DNA of 64,000 bases from Clostridia bacterium (GCA_045613765.1 JAZLBO010000006.1:4042-68041), one strand, 5' to 3'; counted from the stretch's first letter, positions 9,477-16,786 are shown. Numbers and translations: made by a program. The notes: a model not told the origin generated them from the letters alone.

Positions 9477-11759
9477 ATGAGAAAAATAATCAATCTCAAT
9501 GAAAACTGGTTATTTGTCAAAGATACAACAGACATCACTCGCAATGACGGTGTAGCACTCAATCTGCCCCACTCTTGGAACGCAGAAGACGGCTATGACG
9601 GTGGCAACGACTACTTCCGTGGATCATGCCTTTATTCAAAGAAACTTGTCAAGGCAGAACTTCCTGAAAGCGACCTTTACTATCTTGAATTTAGAGGCAC
9701 AAACGCATCAGCAGACGTTTATGTCAACGGCAAGAAACTTGCTCATCACGATGGTGGCTATTCAACATGGCGTGTCAACATCACTGAGGAACTCACTGAT
9801 GAAACAGAAATCGCAGTCCTTGTTGAAAATACAATCAACGAAACAGTTTATCCCCAAATGGCAGACTTCACTTTCTACGGTGGTATTTACCGTGATGTGA
9901 ACCTTGTCTGCGTCAATGATGCTCACTTTGACCTTGACTACTATGGTGCACCTGGAATCCAAATTACGCCTACAGTCAACGGCACAAAGGCATCAGTTGA
10001 AGTGGTTGCTTACGTCAAGAACTTGAAAGACGGTCAATCACTTGCCTACACTCTCTACGATAAGGAAGAAAATGAACTTCAAAAGGTGGAAACAACAGAC
10101 ACAACTGTCACCTTTGAAATTGAAAACGTACATCTCTGGCACGGACGCAAAGACCCCTATCTCTACTGCTGTGAAGTTGAAATAGTGGAAAACGGCCAAG
10201 TTCTTGACAATGTTTGCAGTCGTTTTGGTTGCCGTACATTTGTCATTGACCCCAACAACGGATTTATCCTCAATGGTGAAGAATATCCTCTCCGTGGCGT
10301 ATCACGTCACCAAGACAGAACTGGTGTTGGCAATGCTCTCCTTAAGGAACATCACGAAGAAGACATTGAACTCATTTGTGAAATGGGCGCAACAACAATC
10401 CGTCTTGCACACTATCAACACGATCAATACTTCTATGATCTTTGTGACGAAAAGGGCTTGGTCATCTGGGCAGAAATCCCCTACATTTCAAGACACATGC
10501 CCACAGGCCGTGAAAACACAATCTCACAAATGAAGGAATTGGTTGCTCAAAACTACAACCACCCCAGTATTGTTGTTTGGGGACTTTCAAACGAAATCTC
10601 AATCGCAGGATCAGACGAAGATTTGCTTGAAAACCATCGCATCTTGAACGATCTCGTTCACAGCATGGACAAGACACGTCTTACAACCATTGCAGCAGTT
10701 TCAATGTGCAAGATGGAAGATCCTTATCTCCAAATCCCCGACGTCGTTTCATACAACCACTACTTCGGTTGGTACGGTGGCGAAACATCAATGAACGGCC
10801 CTTGGTTTGACAAATTCCATGCAATGCACCCCAACATCCCTATCGGTTGCTCCGAATATGGTTGCGAAGCATTGAACTGGCACACAAGCGACCCCAGACA
10901 AGGCGACTACACCGAAGAATATCAAGCATACTATCACGAAGAACTCATCAAACAACTTTACACAAGAAAGTATATCTGGGCAACTCACGTATGGAATATG
11001 TTTGACTTTGGCGCAGATGCAAGAGCAGAAGGTGGCGAAAACGGTCAAAACCACAAAGGTCTTGTGACAATGGATAGAAAGTACAAGAAAGACTCTTTCT
11101 ATGCATACAAGGCATGGTTGGTGTCCCCCGAAGTCGATCCTTTTGTACACCTTTGTGGCAAGAGATACGTCGACAGAGTTGAAGACGTGACAAAGGTTAC
11201 AGTGTACTCCAACCTTCCTGAAGTTGAACTTTTCGTCAACGGCGAAAGCCTTGGCAAAAAGACTGCAGATGACCACTTCTTCTACTTTGACGTCCCCAAC
11301 GTTGGCGAAAGCACAATCGTTGCAAAGGCAGGCGAACTCACAGACGAAGGTCACATCCGCAAAGTCGACGAAATGAATATGGATTACGTCCTTGTTGAAA
11401 AGGGTGCAGTGCTCAACTGGTTTGACGTCAATGCTCCTGAAGGCAGATTCTCACTCAACGACAAGATTGCAGACATTATGTCATCTTTCCGTGGCAAACT
11501 TTGGTTCTTGGGTGTCGGTCTTCAAATCAAGAAACAAATGGACGCAAACAAGAAAGGCAAGAAAGGCGAAAAGAACTCCGGTGGATTTGAGGTTGATCTC
11601 AAGGCAGACGGTGGCATCATGCAAATGATGGGCAGCTTTACAGTCCTTCGTTTGACAAGTATGATGGGTATGATGAACATCTCATTTACAAAGGAAGAAC
11701 TCCTTAAGATGAACAAAAAACTCAATCGTATTAGAAAGCCCAAAAACAAGAAAAACTAA
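9477..11759 (+). CDS. Glycoside hydrolase family 2, beta-glucuronidase-like, with a ~150-aa Lys/Met-rich C-terminal extension
   Basis: 760 aa. GH2 catalytic regions WGLSNEIS and CSEYGCEA, NHYFGWYGG, and an N-x-K-G motif (GQNHKGLVTMDRKYKK) matching the glucuronate-recognising NxK of characterised GUS enzymes. Sits in a glucuronate-catabolism neighbourhood. Confidence 0.8.
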   Translation: MRKIINLNENWLFVKDTTDITRNDGVALNLPHSWNAEDGYDGGNDYFRGSCLYSKKLVKAELPESDLYYLEFRGTNASADVYVNGKKLAHHDGGYSTWRVNITEELTDETEIAVLVENTINETVYPQMADFTFYGGIYRDVNLVCVNDAHFDLDYYGAPGIQITPTVNGTKASVEVVAYVKNLKDGQSLAYTLYDKEENELQKVETTDTTVTFEIENVHLWHGRKDPYLYCCEVEIVENGQVLDNVCSRFGCRTFVIDPNNGFILNGEEYPLRGVSRHQDRTGVGNALLKEHHEEDIELICEMGATTIRLAHYQHDQYFYDLCDEKGLVIWAEIPYISRHMPTGRENTISQMKELVAQNYNHPSIVVWGLSNEISIAGSDEDLLENHRILNDLVHSMDKTRLTTIAAVSMCKMEDPYLQIPDVVSYNHYFGWYGGETSMNGPWFDKFHAMHPNIPIGCSEYGCEALNWHTSDPRQGDYTEEYQAYYHEELIKQLYTRKYIWATHVWNMFDFGADARAEGGENGQNHKGLVTMDRKYKKDSFYAYKAWLVSPEVDPFVHLCGKRYVDRVEDVTKVTVYSNLPEVELFVNGESLGKKTADDHFFYFDVPNVGESTIVAKAGELTDEGHIRKVDEMNMDYVLVEKGAVLNWFDVNAPEGRFSLNDKIADIMSSFRGKLWFLGVGLQIKKQMDANKKGKKGEKNSGGFEVDLKADGGIMQMMGSFTVLRLTSMMGMMNISFTKEELLKMNKKLNRIRKPKNKKN

Positions 11760-11805
11760 TCTTCAAAGATAAAACCAATATCTCCATTTTATTTAAGAAA
11801 AAAGC

Positions 11806-11838
11806 AAAAAGCAGACTTTATGGTCTGCTTTTTGTTTT
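11806..11838. terminator. Bidirectional intrinsic terminator
   Basis: AAAAA-GCAGAC-tttatg-GTCTGC-TTTTTGTTTTT, with an A-run and a T-run on either side of the stem. Confidence 0.75.
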
Positions 11839-12133
11839 TGTAAACACTTGCTTTGAGAAAGTTTTATAATCCAATTCAATAGCGCAAAGTGAGTGCGAAC
11901 ATGTCTATTCAGGATCCCCCCCCCTTCCTCATGTGTTTCCCCCCATTTGCCTACGGCAAAGCCCTGCGGGCAGGGGACACACTCGGCACGCGCACATTAG
12001 GGATATTCCTCTCATTATGTCACTTGCCACTTGGGTGGGAAAAATAGGATTCCCAAGTGGCTGGCGTACTTTCGTCTGGTGCTTGGCACTCGCTATGTCG
12101 CCACCCTGTGGCTCCCGTTCCGTCTTCGTATAA

Positions 12134-12408
12134 GTGAGTGCTTGTATAAGTACCCCACGAACTTGCCGTAAAACCCTACTTTTCGGAAGATTCGTGAATC
12201 TCCCCTACAGGGAGTTTATAAATCATCCCACCATTTGGGAAGATGTCATTATCATTTGATTGATGTACAATTTCTTTTTTCGTTGGTATGAGTTTGAGTT
12301 TGGCAGTAGGGGCGATTCACGAATCGCCCGATATAATTACACCAAAATGTGCCATAGGCACAATTCATGCAACGCAGTTGCAATTCATTGCACTATAAGC
12401 ACACTCAC
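12134..12408. repeat. Nested long inverted repeat
   Basis: Inner arms 12185-12208 (GGAAGATTCGTGAATCTCCCCTAC) and 12306-12329 (GTAGGGGCGATTCACGAATCGCCC) pair at 21/24 positions around a 97-nt spacer. Outer arms GTGAGTGCTTGTATA (12134-) and TATAAGCACACTCAC (-12408) pair with a 2-nt bulge. Confidence 0.7.
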
Positions 12409-12615
12409 AAAAAACTGCGATATTTAGATGCATGACGAGAAAGAAAAACCCACACGGGTCGTGGCGTACTTGTCGTACGCGAGAATCGTGTGGGTTGTAT
12501 CTGTAAGGAACGAGGTGACGGAATAGCGCATTGCTACGGTTTACCGTCAATCGCGTCCAAAGTCAGGCGCTAAATAGCGTGAATTTAAGTGGTGGATGTT
12601 TGCAGTCTGCTTTTT
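12399..12615. repeat. Tandem unit A of a paralogous structured element
   Basis: 5' block GCACACTCACAAAAAACTGCGATATTTAGATG; stem CCCACACG (12449-56) / CGTGTGGG (12487-94) enclosing GTACTTGTCGTAC (12466-78); 3' block CGCTAAATAGCG (12568-79); T5 at 12611-15. Confidence 0.6.
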
Positions 12616-12618
12616 AAT

Positions 12619-12754
12619 GCACTCACTAAAAACTGTGATATTTAGATGAAGAACAAGAAAGGCACTTTTAGATCAGTCCGCAGTGTACTTGTCGTACATA
12701 AGGATTGAAATAAAAGTGCCTGCCGAAGTTATTCGCTAAATAGCGCAGTTTTTT
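12619..12754. repeat. Tandem unit B of the same element
   Basis: 5' block GCACTCACTAAAAACTGTGATATTTAGATG; stem GGCACTTTT (12661-69) / AAAAGTGCC (12712-20) enclosing the identical GTACTTGTCGTAC (12685-97); an 18-bp closing stem 12628-45 / 12736-53 (1 mismatch, 1 GU); T6 overlaps the stop codon of the neighbouring gene. Confidence 0.6.
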
Positions 12755-14411
12755 ACACTTCGAAACAACTGCCCCCTACAAACTCACGAAGGATTGAGTT
12801 GCAAGGGATGACGCTTTCATCTTCAAGGGGTTTGAAGTACTTGAGATATTTGATGAGTCTGTTTGCAATGACGTATTGAGGATCGGTGGGTTTGATCTCT
12901 TTGAGTGCAGGCATTGCTTGTTTTCTGAGGACACAGAGTTCATAAAGCAATGATGAGTTGAACACAAAGTTGACGCCTTCTTGATGGGGATAAATCCATC
13001 TAAACTCGCCGTTGCGCACTGACTTCCACATATCAATTGTTGTTGCTGCGCTTGCGCCACGATGTTTCATATCACGGACGATTCTGCGAATAAGACGAAC
13101 GTCTGTGGTTGACAATGGTGCATGGTCATCAATGTTGATTTGTGCTTGTGGTGCAATGAAGATCTTAAACTTTTGATGTTTGGGGATTGATGATGTAAGT
13201 TGCTCGTTGAGTGCGTGTATGCCTTCAATGATGATGGGGCTATCGCTGTCAACTCTGATGGTCTTGCCCGCCTCTCTTTGACCTGTCTTGAAGTTGAAAT
13301 ACGGAAGTGTGACTTCTTCTCCGTTGATAAGGTCATACAAGTCCTTATTGAACTGCTCTACGTCAAGGGTGTTGACGTGTTCAAGGTCTATTTCTGCAAG
13401 GGACACACCTTGGATTTTGCAGATCTCTGCCTTTGGAAGATAATAGTCATCCATTGAGATCATGACGGGCTTGATGCCTCTTGACAACAATTCTATGCGC
13501 AAACGGTTGCAGAAGGTGGTCTTACCACTTGAACTGGGGCCTGCGATACCGATAAGACGGATGTTTTCCTTTTCCTTTTCAATGGCGTTGCCCAATTCTG
13601 AGAGCATGTGGTTGTGACGCGCTTCGCAGAGTTGAACGAAATCTCTGGGATTGCCTTGGATGATCTTTTTGTTGATGCTGACGATTGTCTGCACGCCAAC
13701 CTTCTTTGACCATTGATATGCGTTTTGAAGTGTTTTTCCGTAGGTTGTTTCCTCTTGGAATTCAGGAATTGTTGCTCCCAATTCGTGACGAGGATATTGG
13801 ATGATCATACCGGGGCTATAGGGGGAGATGCGATAGTTTTTGATTGCACCCGTTGATGAAACCATATAGCCGTGCAAATAGTCGCAGTACTCTGCACACT
13901 TGTAAAGGTGGACGGTGGATTCGGGACGGAATTCCAAGATTTCCATTTTGTCGAGATGGCCGAACTTGGTATATACTTCCTTTGCCTCCTCCGTGCTGAC
14001 AACAACACGGTCAATGAAAAGGTCTTCTGCGATAATCTTTTCCACTTCTCTCTTGATGGGCTCAGTGGCTCTTGACATATTAAAGCCGGGGGTCAATGAT
14101 TGGCAGAAGATTGCACGTGATACGTTATAACTGAAACGCACTTGCACGTCAGGGTACAATCTATGGAAAGCCATTGCCACCACAAAGCGAAGGCTGGTTT
14201 CGTATGCCTTTGACGCCTCCTCGTGATCAAGACCAAGGAGTGTGATTTCTTCTCCGTCATTTTTGTTGGTCAGTTGATAGTTGAGTTCCTTGATGACAGA
14301 ACCAACTTTGCAGATGATAAAGTCGTCCTTTTGGTTTTCGGGGATAAGGTCGATGACTCTTTGTCCCTTGTTGACGGCTACCGTTTTGCCGTTGATGATT
14401 ACGTTGAACAT
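12753..14411 (-). CDS. Uridine/nucleoside kinase-family protein with N-terminal TGS and ThrRS-like second additional domain
   Basis: 552 aa. TGS-like start MFNVIINGKTVAVNKGQRVIDLI and the uridine-kinase P-loop IGIAGPSSSGKTTF. AGGGAGAA RBS. Confidence 0.8.
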   Translation of the reverse strand: MFNVIINGKTVAVNKGQRVIDLIPENQKDDFIICKVGSVIKELNYQLTNKNDGEEITLLGLDHEEASKAYETSLRFVVAMAFHRLYPDVQVRFSYNVSRAIFCQSLTPGFNMSRATEPIKREVEKIIAEDLFIDRVVVSTEEAKEVYTKFGHLDKMEILEFRPESTVHLYKCAEYCDYLHGYMVSSTGAIKNYRISPYSPGMIIQYPRHELGATIPEFQEETTYGKTLQNAYQWSKKVGVQTIVSINKKIIQGNPRDFVQLCEARHNHMLSELGNAIEKEKENIRLIGIAGPSSSGKTTFCNRLRIELLSRGIKPVMISMDDYYLPKAEICKIQGVSLAEIDLEHVNTLDVEQFNKDLYDLINGEEVTLPYFNFKTGQREAGKTIRVDSDSPIIIEGIHALNEQLTSSIPKHQKFKIFIAPQAQINIDDHAPLSTTDVRLIRRIVRDMKHRGASAATTIDMWKSVRNGEFRWIYPHQEGVNFVFNSSLLYELCVLRKQAMPALKEIKPTDPQYVIANRLIKYLKYFKPLEDESVIPCNSILREFVGGSCFEV

Positions 14412-14486
14412 ATTTTTCTCCCTTAAAATTCTTTCTACTTAATTCCAATTAAGCCGTATTTTATATACTATTTCTAATGCTTGGAT

Positions 14487-14515
14487 ATTCTACCACAAAA
14501 ACCAAAATCCGTCAA
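14487..14515 (-). promoter_or_regulatory. Candidate sigma-A promoter for the kinase gene
   Basis: Minus strand reads TTGACG (14510-15), 17 nt, then TGgTAGAAT (hexamer 14487-92). A 19-bp palindrome AATTTGATAACATCAAATT (14521-39) lies just upstream of the -35. Confidence 0.5.
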
Positions 14516-14615
14516 TAGTGAATTTGATAACATCAAATTAAGCACCACCTAAAAACTGCCCCAAAAACAAGTTTATAATAGGCAAAAATCACATCATAAA
14601 ATTTCAAAAAGCCCC

Positions 14616-14647
14616 AAAAAAAAGGACTGCGATTTGCAGTCCTTTTT
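14616..14647. terminator. Bidirectional intrinsic terminator after the HExxH lipoprotein gene
   Basis: A8-GGACTGC-gattt-GCAGTCC-T5. On the minus strand the stem is followed by a T8 run. Confidence 0.8.
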
Positions 14648-14671
14648 ACTTTGTTGAATTGGCTTGTTGGA

Positions 14672-16495
14672 TTAATATCCCAAAACGTATTCTGCATATT
14701 CTCTTGCATCAATTTCTCTTGCATTATAATAATATTTGTCATAATCTTCAGCAGAGTCTGTATAGTCCAAATATTTCCATGCGCCATATTGATTGTCTGT
14801 GGGCACAACAAGTAGATCGTCCACGCTACATCCGTCCACTGATCCAATCGCAATGCTTTGATAGTAGTGACGGACTTCGTGAATAAGAACGCTGACAATT
14901 CCTCTTGTGTAATATTCTCCTTCAGTCAATTTTTGAATTGTTATGGTTTGTGTCCCCTCTGTATAGAAACCAAAAATGCCTTCTGGCATATTCTCGTCAA
15001 AAATGATGTTTATGCCAACAATAGATTTTGTCAGTTTGTGCAATTCGTTTACCACAATGCCTCTCAAGTTTGTTTCGCTCATATTCAAAATGACATTTTC
15101 TGAGCAACCATAAAAATCTGTTGCTTTCAAATCTGTTCTATCTGCACCAAACGTCACTGTTGCAAATCCACCATAGCCCAAGTATCTAAATGCACCGCGG
15201 GCAAAATTGACGATTGTATCGGGGATGATCAAGTTGCCTGCAAATTGTTCGTTCAAAACGCCAAGTCCTGTGACTTTTCTGCCGTCCACTTCCATTGGGA
15301 TTTCCACGTCATCAAATTGTTCAGCAACAAAATCGTGCAAAGTCAACGTATTATCGTCATTGATTGTGAAATAGAATTGCTTGCCTTTATAAACTGTGCT
15401 AACTTCAAATGTGCGAACAATGAGATACAACGTTGTGGTTTCAGTTACTATAAACTCAAATTCCTCTTGGGTGGAAATGACGTTGCCGTCTTTGTCTTGC
15501 CACTCCTTGAAAATGCCTGTTCTTCCCAAAAGGGTTGTATCCACGTTGACCACTTGATTTTTGTCGCAAATCTTGTGGACTTCTTCAAGGGCAATATCAA
15601 CTTCATTCAATGTGAGAATATATTTATCCCTAATGTCTGCAAAATCAAATGTGACGGTGTCGATCATACATGTTTCTGTTGTAAAACTACTGTATGTATA
15701 GCCAGTGCTATGGGGCAAAAGTTTTACACCTGTTTCTTCCTCGACGTGACCGATCACATATCCACCAATAGGACTTTCTGGGTCGGTTTCTTTGAGAATT
15801 GAGGTGTGTGTGCGCAATGCCAATTTATCGTTCTTGTGAATATGATATGAGAAAGATGGATGTGCTTTGTTTACATAAGGCAAATACTCTATGTCAACAC
15901 CCAAGTTATTTTCCACCTGAATATCAACTGTGATGGGTTGAATCAGCGATTCATCTTGTGTGAAAACTGGAGTGTACTCTTCATCCCACAATGAGACCAG
16001 TGTAACATTGGTGCCAAGAATTGCATCATGTGCTACCGAAATTTGGTTCTGGCTTTCTCTCTTCCAATTAAGAAAATAATAACCCTCATCTGCCACAGGC
16101 TTGATGACAATTACTGGCACATCTGTAACATCGTGGACATAAAAGTCAACGATCTCTGCATGGCCACCTTCTGACTCACCAAATATGTCGGAGAGATCAT
16201 ATACCGTTTCTTCTCCGCAAACTTGACAGAAAGTTGACACCAAACTGATGTCATCGTTTGTGCTCCATCGAATATCATGTTGCAAAATTTCGCCAGAATC
16301 TCTAACCTCTGTTTCATCACAGTTGAAACAGCATCTTATTTCTCTGCCCCTTGCAGTACATGTTGCTTCTTTGATTGTAACCCAATCACTGTAGTTGTGT
16401 TGGCAATTATGATTGCACGCTACAAGCATACACAAGCATGCAAGCATGAGTATGCATATCATTATTGTCATTAAGTTCTTTCTTGCTTTGTTCAT
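14672..16495 (-). CDS. Secreted lipoprotein: Cys-rich CTxxG..CxxC module, Listeria-Bacteroides (InlB B-repeat-like) repeats, a BspA-like LRR segment, and a C-terminal HExxH zincin-like domain
   Basis: 607 aa. Signal plus lipobox MLACLCMLVAC; ATCTARGREIRCCFNCDE; GYYFLNW and GIFKEWQDKDG repeat signatures; HEVRH encoded at 14867-14881 (checked codon by codon), followed by a Tyr/Glu-rich tail. AGGAGAA RBS. Confidence 0.7.
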   Translation of the reverse strand: MNKARKNLMTIMICILMLACLCMLVACNHNCQHNYSDWVTIKEATCTARGREIRCCFNCDETEVRDSGEILQHDIRWSTNDDISLVSTFCQVCGEETVYDLSDIFGESEGGHAEIVDFYVHDVTDVPVIVIKPVADEGYYFLNWKRESQNQISVAHDAILGTNVTLVSLWDEEYTPVFTQDESLIQPITVDIQVENNLGVDIEYLPYVNKAHPSFSYHIHKNDKLALRTHTSILKETDPESPIGGYVIGHVEEETGVKLLPHSTGYTYSSFTTETCMIDTVTFDFADIRDKYILTLNEVDIALEEVHKICDKNQVVNVDTTLLGRTGIFKEWQDKDGNVISTQEEFEFIVTETTTLYLIVRTFEVSTVYKGKQFYFTINDDNTLTLHDFVAEQFDDVEIPMEVDGRKVTGLGVLNEQFAGNLIIPDTIVNFARGAFRYLGYGGFATVTFGADRTDLKATDFYGCSENVILNMSETNLRGIVVNELHKLTKSIVGINIIFDENMPEGIFGFYTEGTQTITIQKLTEGEYYTRGIVSVLIHEVRHYYQSIAIGSVDGCSVDDLLVVPTDNQYGAWKYLDYTDSAEDYDKYYYNAREIDAREYAEYVLGY

Positions 16496-16522
16496 TTACT
16501 TTTCTCCTTTTCGTTGACGAAA

Positions 16523-16628
16523 GCCATGGCGTACAACGTCTTTTTCATGGCTTTATTGTATCACACAATGGACAAAATTGTTCTCTACCAAAACGGGAGC
16601 CACTCCCGAAATTTAAGATTTCGGCATT
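16523..16628. promoter_or_regulatory. Conserved upstream/leader element, copy A (paralogous to 20251-20357)
   Basis: The 38-nt stretch 16523-16560 is identical to 20251-20288. The next 75 nt are about 67% identical without gaps (hand count) and contain two hairpins preserved by compensatory or wobble changes. Confidence 0.55.
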
Positions 16629-16786
16629 TTTCAAATTCTCGCAATATGAGAATTTGTTATTTTTGTGCAGTTTTCAGTGTTTATTGCTCATTTTTGATAT
16701 GTTTAAGTGCTATTTTTGAAAAATAATTGGGCACTGTGCATAAATGAGTCAACACGAAAATTCAATTATTTTTTTCTTTTTATTGA

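Larger units (their letters stand above)
11878..12754. ncRNA. Candidate large structured noncoding locus (family and strand unresolved)
   Basis: No credible ORF in ~0.9 kb of an otherwise tightly packed genome. G+C is 159/300 by hand count over 11901-12200. Contains many hairpins, nested inverted repeats and two tandem units with compensatory stem changes. A perfect TATAAT at 11865-11870 (plus) and terminators at both ends leave either strand possible. Confidence 0.45.

Noticed and set aside
12185-12329. Invertible promoter (inverton) flanked by the 24-nt inverted repeats
   Set aside because: No convincing promoter in the 97-nt spacer, no recombinase gene in the window, and no gene on either side oriented to be driven from it. 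It is kept only as a low-probability alternative in the finding.
11933-12550. Track ORFs 11933..12133(+) and 12365..12550(-), and the short ATG-initiated ORFs in units A and B (32 and 20 codons)
   Set aside because: No SD sequence and odd composition. The conserved 13-mer falls in different reading frames in the two units, so conservation is at the nucleotide or structure level, not the peptide level.
11878-12754. Possibility that the locus is tmRNA, RNase P RNA, SRP RNA, a T-box or a common riboswitch
   Set aside because: I could not find the hallmark strings on either strand: GAGGAAAGTCC (RNase P P4), a GGTTCGAnTCC T-arm with a CCA end (tmRNA), the GGAAGCAGC-type SRP domain IV, or the T-box AGGGTGGNACCGCG. 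Both flanking genes also point into the region, so it is not a 5' leader. This is a by-eye check and needs cmscan.
14561-14578. Motif ACTGCCCCAAAAA seen at 14563-78, 59722-37 and, inverted, at 20392-410
   Set aside because: Short and A-rich, with only three loose copies in different contexts. It cannot be distinguished from chance or terminator debris without genome-wide statistics.
16514-16726. Track ORF 16514..16726(+) (70 aa) as a genuine small protein gene
   Set aside because: Its counterpart at 20254-20361 stops after 35 codons, only the first ~25 residues are similar, and neither has a good SD. Not annotated as a CDS, but the plus-strand sORF/sRNA reading is kept as an alternative in the leader finding.
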